NCBI GenBank assembly: GCA_041690595.1
Contig: JAWLHB010000006.1
Location: forward strand, 248,001-268,605
DNA from: Lentisphaeria bacterium
GTDB lineage: Bacteria > Verrucomicrobiota > Lentisphaeria > JABSQK01 > JAWLHB01
Direction: 5' to 3'
DNA: 20,605 bases
Part shown: positions 1-7,538 of the stretch, in pieces
Position numbering within the stretch: position 1 is the first letter of the stretch
Layout: the number at the start of each line of letters is the position of its first letter
Notes under the pieces: generated by a model
Database searches by the model: none
Seen by the model: the letters and a program-made list of their open reading frames with translations, nothing else
Told to the model about the DNA's origin: nothing
Program-made: the position numbers and the translations under genes

Positions 1-1782
1 CGCGATGTGAAGCTGACGCCCAAGTCGGTGGAGAAGCTGATCCAGCGAAAGGCGCAAGAGCCGGATTTCGTACCACCGGCCCGAGGGTTGATCTTCCATG
101 AGAACAGCGTCTCCGGGCCACATGTGCTGCGCTCGCCGGATCTCTTCACCGGCAAGCAGTACGACCTGACGGAGAACGATCGGGAACGCTTCGAGAAGCT
201 GTGGACGGAGGCCATGCAGACCTTTGCGCTGATGGAGGAGCATTTTCCGGAAACGGAGATCTACTTCGGCAATGGCATGCCGCACCTGATCGAAGAGTTC
301 TGCCGCCAGGGCATTCCGCACAAGTACCTGAAGGTGGCCGGCAACGAAAGCGGCAACTTCATGCGCCCTCCGGAGACGCAACCGACGGATTTCGTGGCCA
401 ACAACGCGGGAATCTTCATGTTCCGCCGGGTGCTCGATCACTATGGATATGCGGATACGAAGGTCTATCAGTGTTTCGAGATGTGTTACCCGAACACGAA
501 TCCCGGGAACCTGACGCATCAGACGCAGGCGGAATATTTCGTTCGCCATGTGATGCACTCGCTGGCGTGGAGAATTCCGCTGATCCGGGTTGGCCTGATC
601 GCCGATGTCGGCAACAGCTACTACCACAGCAACTGGGGAGCAGCCGGTTTCTGCTTTGGCTATCCGAATGTGTCGCCGAAACGCTCCTATGTGGCGATGG
701 CGGTGATGACGCAGGTGCTGGATGGGGCCACCTTCAGCCGCATCGTGCCGACCGGGTCGGATGCCGTCTACGCGTTCGAGTACAAGCGGGGATGGAACGA
801 CTTTGTCACCTGTCTCTGGACCACGCGGGGGAGCCGTCCGGTGATGCTCGGCGTGCCCTTCTCGGGGCGGGCGGAGGTGACGCGCCTGTACGGCCGGGAA
901 GAATCGCTCAATGTAAAGAATGACTGGCTGACCATCGGAACTGCCGCAACCTTTGTGCGCACGAAGCGGCCAATCCGCAGGCTGCAATTGGGCGAACCGA
1001 GCCATGCGCCCCCGCCCGAGGGCGATGCCTTTGTCATCTCCAGCCTCAGCAGCATGAGCGAGTGGGAGCTCGAACAGGAGCGCAACTATGAGTTGGAGAG
1101 CTTCAACTTCATGAACCAGCGTCGGCCGGGCATCTTCGTTCATGAGGAGATGCCGGAGCTGGCGGGACGCGAAAAGGTTATCGCGATCGAAGCGCGGGAA
1201 TCGGCCCCGGGCACGTCGGAGTACCTGCAGAGGTATACGGTGATGGCGATGCGGGAGCCGGTCGAGATCCCCGGCATGCCGACCGAGGTCGGGCTCTGGG
1301 TGCACGACAACGCCACCTGGGGACGGGTCATTTTCGAGTTGGAGGATGCCGGTGGCCAGCGCTGGATATCCATCGGCGCCGAGCAGGGGGGCGAGCCGAA
1401 TCCATGGATGGCGGACTGGCTGCCGAAAGAGGAGTTCGCAAAGCTGAAGGATAGCGGTAAGGCGGGGATCAGCGACTGGAACAGCGATGACGCCTGGGGC
1501 TGGAGCCGCCTCAATCACGACGGCTGGCGCTACGTGAAATTCCCGTTGCCGGGCCAGTACGGCAGCAACCACGACATCTATCACTGGCCGTACACCAGCC
1601 AGTGGCGTTTCTCCGGCGATGGGAAAGTGAAGTACCCGCTGACCTTCAGGAAGCTGGTGGTCACCATGCCGGAGAAGGTACTCTACGGCACCGACTGGCG
1701 CCCGCTCCGCCACCCGCGGATCGGGGTCAGCACATTGCAGGTCACCTATGTGCCTGCCGAGGAAGCCTTCATCGGCGAGTAG
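1..1782 (+). CDS. 5'-truncated large hypothetical protein, probably carbohydrate-active (clan GH-A-like barrel C-terminal half plus C-terminal CBM-like beta domain)
   Basis: Frame is open from base 1 (cgc gat gtg aag) to TAG at 1780-1782. Contains PKRSYVAMAVM (PKxxY end-of-barrel pattern of GH5/GH39-like enzymes), CFEMCY, and a Trp-rich C-terminal segment GLWVHDNATWGRVIFELED...GWRYVKFPLP resembling carbohydrate-binding modules. The family assignment is tentative. Confidence 0.6.
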   Translation, partial: RDVKLTPKSVEKLIQRKAQEPDFVPPARGLIFHENSVSGPHVLRSPDLFTGKQYDLTENDRERFEKLWTEAMQTFALMEEHFPETEIYFGNGMPHLIEEFCRQGIPHKYLKVAGNESGNFMRPPETQPTDFVANNAGIFMFRRVLDHYGYADTKVYQCFEMCYPNTNPGNLTHQTQAEYFVRHVMHSLAWRIPLIRVGLIADVGNSYYHSNWGAAGFCFGYPNVSPKRSYVAMAVMTQVLDGATFSRIVPTGSDAVYAFEYKRGWNDFVTCLWTTRGSRPVMLGVPFSGRAEVTRLYGREESLNVKNDWLTIGTAATFVRTKRPIRRLQLGEPSHAPPPEGDAFVISSLSSMSEWELEQERNYELESFNFMNQRRPGIFVHEEMPELAGREKVIAIEARESAPGTSEYLQRYTVMAMREPVEIPGMPTEVGLWVHDNATWGRVIFELEDAGGQRWISIGAEQGGEPNPWMADWLPKEEFAKLKDSGKAGISDWNSDDAWGWSRLNHDGWRYVKFPLPGQYGSNHDIYHWPYTSQWRFSGDGKVKYPLTFRKLVVTMPEKVLYGTDWRPLRHPRIGVSTLQVTYVPAEEAFIGE

Positions 1783-1790
1783 ACCTGGCG

Positions 1791-1837
1791 CCACCTGATC
1801 GGAAGCGTCGCGTCGACGGCGCTTCCGGTATCGGTGG
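1791..1837. terminator. Long GC-rich hairpin between convergent genes (possible bidirectional terminator)
   Basis: CGGAAGCGTCG (1800-1810) pairs with CGGCGCTTCCG (1817-1827), extended by GAT/ATC and CCACC/GGTGG. It fills the gap between the stops at 1782 and 1840. No long U tract. Confidence 0.55.
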
Positions 1838-1839
1838 TT

Positions 1840-2721
1840 CTATGCGTCCAGCTTCAGAATGTGTATGGCATTCCGGCGGGCAACCTTCTGGAAAACATCC
1901 TCCGAGATCTCGCCGGAGGCGCGCAGGTCGAGGAGGTAATCAACCAGAGGCGTGGGTGTATCCGGAGCGCATATATCCGTTCCGAAGAGCAGGCGATCCT
2001 GGAACTCGTTGAGGAAGCTGATGCCATAGGCGCGGTCGCGCTGGATGGCGTTGCAGCCGCTGCCGGCCGAGAGATCGCCATACAGATTGGGGTAGCGCCG
2101 CATCAGCTTCGGTACGACGCCTTCCTCGCGTATGGGATAGCGCGGATAACCGTAGCGATCGGCCGGTGTATCGAGGCGGCCCATCTCGGCCCAGAAGCTT
2201 TGGGAGTGACCGAAGAAGATGAGCTTGGGAAAGAGCTGGAGGCTGCGTTCGAGCTGCGGCAGGCCGGGCTCATCGTAGAGACCATACATGCCGCCCAACT
2301 GCGCGGAGATGTGGAAGGTGAGCGGAAAGCCGGTTGCCTCGACATGCTTGAAGAGATTCTGCACCCGGGGATCGAGGATGGGCAGGTTGGCGGTCACTTC
2401 GCCGATCCCTTTACAGCCGCGGTCGCGATAGAAACGCAGGATATCCCCCAGCGGCGCATCACCGCTGTTGGTCATCGCCCGGGGATCGATGTTGCAGAAG
2501 GGAATGAAGCGCCCGGGATGCTCCTCCGCGATGGCGATAATCTCCTCATTGGACTGAGGCGAATAGGCGCACTCGGGGCTGACTCCGGGCAGGAGGACCG
2601 CTCTCTCCACGCCAATCGCTTCGTAGCGGGCAAGGAGTTGTTCCGGCGTGGCGTACGCTGGTTTGGCGCCTCGCGGCGGCCCTGGAATCCCGCGCGTATG
2701 GACATGAATATCGATGAACAT
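1840..2721 (-). CDS. Amidohydrolase family protein (Amidohydro_2, metal-dependent TIM barrel)
   Basis: MFIDIHVH (DxHxH metal motif), KGIGE, PLTFH, FFGH, LYGDLS, RLLFGTD and RNAIHIL. Start moved to ATG 2721, preceded by GGGAG. Confidence 0.9.
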   Translation of the reverse strand: MFIDIHVHTRGIPGPPRGAKPAYATPEQLLARYEAIGVERAVLLPGVSPECAYSPQSNEEIIAIAEEHPGRFIPFCNIDPRAMTNSGDAPLGDILRFYRDRGCKGIGEVTANLPILDPRVQNLFKHVEATGFPLTFHISAQLGGMYGLYDEPGLPQLERSLQLFPKLIFFGHSQSFWAEMGRLDTPADRYGYPRYPIREEGVVPKLMRRYPNLYGDLSAGSGCNAIQRDRAYGISFLNEFQDRLLFGTDICAPDTPTPLVDYLLDLRASGEISEDVFQKVARRNAIHILKLDA

Positions 2722-2836
2722 GAGGCATCTCCCATGGCAGGGGCGCTTGGCGCCCGTTTCACCTCGATCGTCGCCACACAATCCATCGCCGCGTCATCTC
2801 TGTCAAGCGCGAGTCATTAAGATCCGCGGCTCTTCT

Positions 2837-4282
2837 TCACTCCACCGGCTCCATGGCATCGAGGAGTTCACCGATGGGCACCAGAGCGAAGGAGCTGGCA
2901 TAATCAGCCATGGCATAGGGGATGACCAGTTTGCCGTTGTGCACGACCCCACCACAACTGTAAACGACGTTGGGAACGTAGCCCTTGCGTTCGTTTTCGT
3001 TGGGGCTGAGCAGGGGCTCGCGCAACCGCGCCTTGACCTTGGATGGGTCTTTGTGATCGAGCAGGAAGGCGCCCATGCAATAGCGGCGAACCGGCCCCAC
3101 GCCGTGGGTGAGAACCAGCCAGCCCTCGTCGAGTTCAATGGGTGAGCCGCAGTTGCCGAGTTGCACAAACTCCCACGGATAGGTTGGCCGCAGGAGCATC
3201 TCGCGCTCGTACCAGAAGTGAATGTTGTCGGAGTACATGAGATAGATGTTCTCGCCATCCTGACGGGAGATCATCGTATAGAGACCATTGATCCTGCGCG
3301 GAAAGAGGGCCATCCCCTTGTTCTGAGCCTGTGGTCCGTTCAGGGTGCTGATGTGGAAGCGCAGAAAGTCACGCGTCATCAGCAATTGCGGAAGGATGAC
3401 CTTGCCGTCGTAGGCAGTATAAGTCGCATAGTAGCAGTTGTCGTCCGCAAAATGGACAAAGCGAGCGTCCTCGATACCGTTGAGTTCCGAGGGAGAGGTT
3501 GGAAAGACGATACGTTCGGAGATATCCTCACTGGAATCATAGACCGTCTGGTAGTTGGAATCCGCCAGCAGCCGAATGCTGCGGATGCTTTCGGCAAAAC
3601 GCTTCTGGTGCGCCCGATCCATCCTGAGCAGCCGCTCCAGCGTGGCATTCAGCTCGCGATAGGTAAACGAGTCGGACAACTCTTTCAACACCTGATCGGA
3701 GAATTCGTCATCGACATTCATCTCGAAAAGTTTGCGCTGGAAGAGGGACTTGTCGTAGTCGGGATTCGGTAACCGCTCCGGGGCAGTGACGAATCGGCTT
3801 GCCTTGTCGATCTCCAGTCGGTGATCATCGTGGATGATGCCGGAGCGGAAGGTAATGGAGGAGAGGTGCCCTTCACCGATCGCTCGCAGACTGATGATGA
3901 AACGCCTGGCGCCGGCCGGCAGATTCCCCTGCTCGGGATGCCATATCATCGAGGGATTGAAGAGCGCGGCGGATTCGAGGGAGTACTCCTGAGTGAAGTA
4001 GGCTCCGATCAGCAACTGGCGCAGCTTGGAAATCGGCGCATCCGTCAGCATGTACTGTTTCACGCGGCAGTAGCGACGCAGAAAGAACTCCTGCAGGCGA
4101 GGATGGCGTCCGTAGAATTCCCGCTCCACCAGTTGCCACTCGGTCTCAACTTCGGCTTCGGTCAAGCCCATGATCCTGGCGATAATGCGCGGATAGCGTT
4201 CGACCTGACCGAACTGAAAGTCACGGAAGAGAACGCGTGAGGCGTCGGGTTTGAGGATAGTATCGAGTCGTTCAACTATCAT
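2837..4282 (-). CDS. GH130-like glycosidase/phosphorylase (five-bladed beta-propeller with N-terminal extension)
   Basis: Motifs SAALFNPS, NGIEDARF, YYATYTAYDG, NKGMALFPRRING, GNCGSPI and GYVPNVVYSCG. ATGA overlap with the upstream glycosyltransferase. Confidence 0.85.
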   Translation of the reverse strand: MIVERLDTILKPDASRVLFRDFQFGQVERYPRIIARIMGLTEAEVETEWQLVEREFYGRHPRLQEFFLRRYCRVKQYMLTDAPISKLRQLLIGAYFTQEYSLESAALFNPSMIWHPEQGNLPAGARRFIISLRAIGEGHLSSITFRSGIIHDDHRLEIDKASRFVTAPERLPNPDYDKSLFQRKLFEMNVDDEFSDQVLKELSDSFTYRELNATLERLLRMDRAHQKRFAESIRSIRLLADSNYQTVYDSSEDISERIVFPTSPSELNGIEDARFVHFADDNCYYATYTAYDGKVILPQLLMTRDFLRFHISTLNGPQAQNKGMALFPRRINGLYTMISRQDGENIYLMYSDNIHFWYEREMLLRPTYPWEFVQLGNCGSPIELDEGWLVLTHGVGPVRRYCMGAFLLDHKDPSKVKARLREPLLSPNENERKGYVPNVVYSCGGVVHNGKLVIPYAMADYASSFALVPIGELLDAMEPVE

Positions 4283-6606
4283 TCGGTCACCTCGACCGGA
4301 TGGACTTCCACGAAGTGCGAAGACTCCGTCGAAATGGGCTTGTGGTTGTGCTGAGCGCTTTCACGGCGCGTCCGCTGCTGCACCAGATGCAATCGGGCAA
4401 GCGAGAGAAGATAGGCGAGGGTCGATTCCGCGCCATCATTCTGGTTGACCCGGTCGGGATGCAGACCGTCACCGCAGGCACCCGTCTCACGGTTGACCAG
4501 CTCCACGCCGAGATCGTTGCGGCCGAGGAACCACGAGAAGGCGCGATAGGCTTCGTCCAGCCATTTCTGATCTCCAGTAGCGCCATGCGCTTCAATGCAG
4601 GCGCAGCAGGTCACATAGGCTTCGATCGGCTGCTGATCGAAGATGGCACGCTCACCCCCGCGATGATAGAATCCCTGGTTGCCTATCGGCCGGAAGCAGC
4701 CATTGTCGCCCCGTTGATTCTCCTGCAGCCATTCGAGCGAGGAGAGGCCGATGTCGAGGGCGTGCTGGTTGCAGCACCATCGGCCGGAGAGGATCAGGGC
4801 GTGCGGCATGACAGCATTACCGTAAGCCAGTACGTCCTCGAACCAGCGCCACTCATTGGAGGCATTCTGCTCGTAGAGCCGGATCAACTGGTCGGTGAGG
4901 AAAAGGCGGGCTTCCTCGGCCCGGCAGTCGCCATTGAGCCGCCGGAAATACTCGTGAATGCCGATGAGCGCATACGCCCAGGTGCGAGGCGAATCGCAGC
5001 CGGTCACCGTCGGCAGGGTTTTCACGAACAACTCCTGTGCCCAGAGGCGCAGCTTGGCATTGCCGCTGCGGCCAACGACGCTGCCCAGAGCCAGGAGCGC
5101 CCTGCCCTGCGAATCATCGGAGCCAACCTCATGACGCCACCGTCGATTGAAGAGCATGAAGTTCCGGAAGGCATGCCGCTGCTCATTGAAGGCGTAGTGG
5201 AGAAATGCGGCATAGCGGGAGACGGCTCTGTCGAGTTCCGGGGATGCCATGTCGAGTTCTTCCAGCAGGACGGCCAGGAGGAGAGCACGCGCATTGTCGT
5301 CGGTGCAGTATCCTTCGCTGTAGAGGGGAAAGGAGAACTCGGCGTGTTGCAGCAACCCAGTGGAATCGGTCATGGTCAGGAGATGTGGGAGGCGTATGCG
5401 CGGCAGCTGCAGCGGCGACTCATCCAACTGCAGCTGGTGACGCTTGTTCGACCGTCTTGTTCTGCGAGGCGGGTGGAAGGCATGCAGATACTGCTGCGCC
5501 ACATTCGACCAGACCATCTCCCGGCCGATCATATAGGCGCGTTTGCGCATGGCATGGCGGTCTTCCTCATTCGCCAGCAGGCGGCAGATGTCTTTGGCCA
5601 GTTGCTCGTGGTCATCGAAGGGGAAGAGCACGCCGCACTCACCCGCCAGGAGTTCCTCCGCGTGCCAGTAGGGTGTGGAGACGACGGCCTTTCCGCAGCC
5701 GAAAGCATAGGCAAGGGTGCCCGAGGTGATCTGGTGCTTGTCCCGATAGGGAGTGATGTAGATGTCGGCCGAGCCGATGTATTCCAGGAGTTCGCCCAGC
5801 TCGACGAAGCGGTTGTGAAAGGAGACGTTGTTCTTGATATTCAGCTCTTCCGTCAAGTGCTCGAGGCTCTGCCGATAGCGCTCGCCTTCGGTTCGCAGGA
5901 GGTTGGGATGGGTGACGCCGAGGATTGTGTAGTGGACGTCCGGCACCTCCTGAACCACAGCGGGCAGCGCGCGCAGAACCGTCTCGATCCCCTTGTTCGG
6001 CGAGAGGAGCCCAAAGGTGAGCAGCGCCGGCCGTCCCGCCACTCCCTTCGTGTCTTTATAAAAGTTGGGATCGACGAAGGGCATGTCAGGGATGCCATGG
6101 GGAATCATGCGGATCTTGGCGTCGGGAACGCCATAGATCTCACGGAGAAACTGTCGGCCGCGATTGGCCATCACGACAATGAGAGACGAGCGATCGGCGA
6201 TCTCGCGGGTCACCCTCAGTTGCTCGGGCGTCGGCTTGTCCAGCACGGTGTGCATGGTGGTGACGACCGGCTTGTCCAGGTGGCGCAAGAAACTGAGGAT
6301 GTAGTTTCCGGCCTCCCCGCCATAGATGCCATACTCATGCTGCAGCGAAACTACTTCCGCCCCACTGAGGTTGAGAAAATCGGCCGCTCGCTTATAGCTC
6401 TCCAGATCCTGTTCCCGGAAAACGAATCGCACCTCGGGCGGATACTCATTTTCAGTGCCGTCACTTACCGGCACGACGATGCACTCGGTACTCCTGGCTT
6501 GTGCATAGACCGCGTTGCGTAGATCGGAGGTGAAGGTAGCGAGGCCGCAGTTCCTGGGCACATAGTTGCCCACGAATGCCAGCCTGCCTATCGATTTATG
6601 AGGCAT
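4279..6606 (-). CDS. GT4 (group 1) glycosyltransferase with C-terminal six-hairpin-glycosidase-like domain
   Basis: N-terminal PRNCGLATFT, QHEYGIYGG, TFGLLSPNKG and QITSGTLAYA. C-terminal DSTGLLQHA, GYCTDDNARAL, WRWFE, FDQQPIEA, CGDGL and NDGAESTL. RBS GGAG upstream. Confidence 0.9.
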   Translation of the reverse strand: MPHKSIGRLAFVGNYVPRNCGLATFTSDLRNAVYAQARSTECIVVPVSDGTENEYPPEVRFVFREQDLESYKRAADFLNLSGAEVVSLQHEYGIYGGEAGNYILSFLRHLDKPVVTTMHTVLDKPTPEQLRVTREIADRSSLIVVMANRGRQFLREIYGVPDAKIRMIPHGIPDMPFVDPNFYKDTKGVAGRPALLTFGLLSPNKGIETVLRALPAVVQEVPDVHYTILGVTHPNLLRTEGERYRQSLEHLTEELNIKNNVSFHNRFVELGELLEYIGSADIYITPYRDKHQITSGTLAYAFGCGKAVVSTPYWHAEELLAGECGVLFPFDDHEQLAKDICRLLANEEDRHAMRKRAYMIGREMVWSNVAQQYLHAFHPPRRTRRSNKRHQLQLDESPLQLPRIRLPHLLTMTDSTGLLQHAEFSFPLYSEGYCTDDNARALLLAVLLEELDMASPELDRAVSRYAAFLHYAFNEQRHAFRNFMLFNRRWRHEVGSDDSQGRALLALGSVVGRSGNAKLRLWAQELFVKTLPTVTGCDSPRTWAYALIGIHEYFRRLNGDCRAEEARLFLTDQLIRLYEQNASNEWRWFEDVLAYGNAVMPHALILSGRWCCNQHALDIGLSSLEWLQENQRGDNGCFRPIGNQGFYHRGGERAIFDQQPIEAYVTCCACIEAHGATGDQKWLDEAYRAFSWFLGRNDLGVELVNRETGACGDGLHPDRVNQNDGAESTLAYLLSLARLHLVQQRTRRESAQHNHKPISTESSHFVEVHPVEVTE

Positions 6607-6684
6607 GTTGCATCTCCATTAAAGGTGAAACGGATCGCCGATACCCACTGTGGGCGATCGCGCTGACAGGTTTCAAGGATTAAC

Positions 6685-6701
6685 AGCAGCTGCCATGCCA
6701 A
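6685..6701 (-). promoter_or_regulatory. Putative sigma-54 (-24/-12) promoter for the GT4-GH130 operon
   Basis: Minus strand reads TTGGCATGGCAGCTGCT: exact GG-N10-GC spacing with TGGCA, about 80 bp upstream of the ATG at 6606. Confidence 0.65.
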
Positions 6702-6797
6702 GCGCCTCAACACCGGGCAGTTGCACGACGCTTTGCCTGAAGGAACCCGCAAACGCCCGGTCGCCCCCCCGGCGGGACCGTCAGGAACGTTGGCTCA

Positions 6798-6822
6798 GCT
6801 TTACGCCGCGTCCATGTAAAGC
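6798..6822. promoter_or_regulatory. Inverted repeat, candidate enhancer-binding-protein site
   Basis: GCTTTAC-N11-GTAAAGC, a perfect 7 bp dyad lying between the two sigma-54-like promoters. Confidence 0.35.
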
Positions 6823-6879
6823 GACACCTTGCGCCAATTATTCCTTCCGGCGCTGCCGGTTTATTCCTCAGAAGCCGTC

Positions 6880-6896
6880 TTGGCATCACATATGCA
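6880..6896 (+). promoter_or_regulatory. Putative sigma-54 (-24/-12) promoter for yciF
   Basis: TTGGCATCACATATGCA with GG at 6882-6883 and GC at 6894-6895 (N10), about 67 bp upstream of ATG 6963. Confidence 0.7.
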
Positions 6897-6962
6897 CCAT
6901 GAATCCAAGCGCAACAGCGCTACGACATCACGCTAACAAGCTCAACATAAGGAGAATCGGAC

Positions 6963-7466
6963 ATGGGTCTCTTCTCGACTGAAATCAACTCTCTCGAAGA
7001 TCTCTTCGTTCATGAACTGCGCGACCTCTACGACGCGGAGCATCGTATCCTCGATGCGCTGCCCAAGATGGCTGACGCAGCTCATGAACCCAAGCTCAAG
7101 CGAGGTTTCACCGAACATCGTGAACAAACGCTGGGACAGGTGAAACGCCTGGAGCAGATCTTCTCTGAACTGGATATCGACGCCAAGCGGCACACCTGCG
7201 ACGCAATGAAAGGGCTAATCGACGAAGGCGAGAGCCTTATGAATGCCGATGCCCCAGCCGAAGTCAAGGACGCGGCCCTCATCAGTGCGGCTCAACGCGT
7301 CGAGCACTATGAGATTGCCGGATATGGCACCTTGCGTACATTTGCCCGCCGCCTGGGCCACAATCACGCAGCCGAACTGCTGCAGCAAACCCTGGATGAG
7401 GAGGGCGAAACCGACAAGCGCCTGACCCACCTCGCCACCAGTTACGTCAATCCCCGCGCTGCCTGA
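6963..7466 (+). CDS. yciF: Ferritin-like DUF892 (YciE/YciF) stress protein
   Basis: LEDLFVHELRDLYDAE, CDAMKGLIDEG, DAALISAAQRVEHYEIAGYGTL and TLDEEGETDKRL. Strong RBS TAAGGAGA. Confidence 0.93.
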   Translation: MGLFSTEINSLEDLFVHELRDLYDAEHRILDALPKMADAAHEPKLKRGFTEHREQTLGQVKRLEQIFSELDIDAKRHTCDAMKGLIDEGESLMNADAPAEVKDAALISAAQRVEHYEIAGYGTLRTFARRLGHNHAAELLQQTLDEEGETDKRLTHLATSYVNPRAA

Positions 7467-7491
7467 TATCGGTAGCGACCTGTCAGGGGTA

Positions 7492-7538
7492 GCAGAGCCG
7501 TCGTGCGATACCATGTCGTACGGCGGCTCCTGCGTTTT
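7492..7538 (+). terminator. Intrinsic terminator after yciF, between convergent genes
   Basis: GCAG-AGCCGTCGTGCGA pairs with TCGTACGGCGGCT-C-CTGC (G-U pairs allowed) and is followed by GTTTT. Confidence 0.65.

Noticed and set aside
4300..6522. 740 aa plus-strand ORF, and similar long antisense ORFs at 1834-2820, 8321-9178, 11695-12678 and 13430-14380
   Set aside because: Each mirrors a well-supported gene on the opposite strand and has no recognisable motif. Such shadow frames are expected in high-GC coding DNA.
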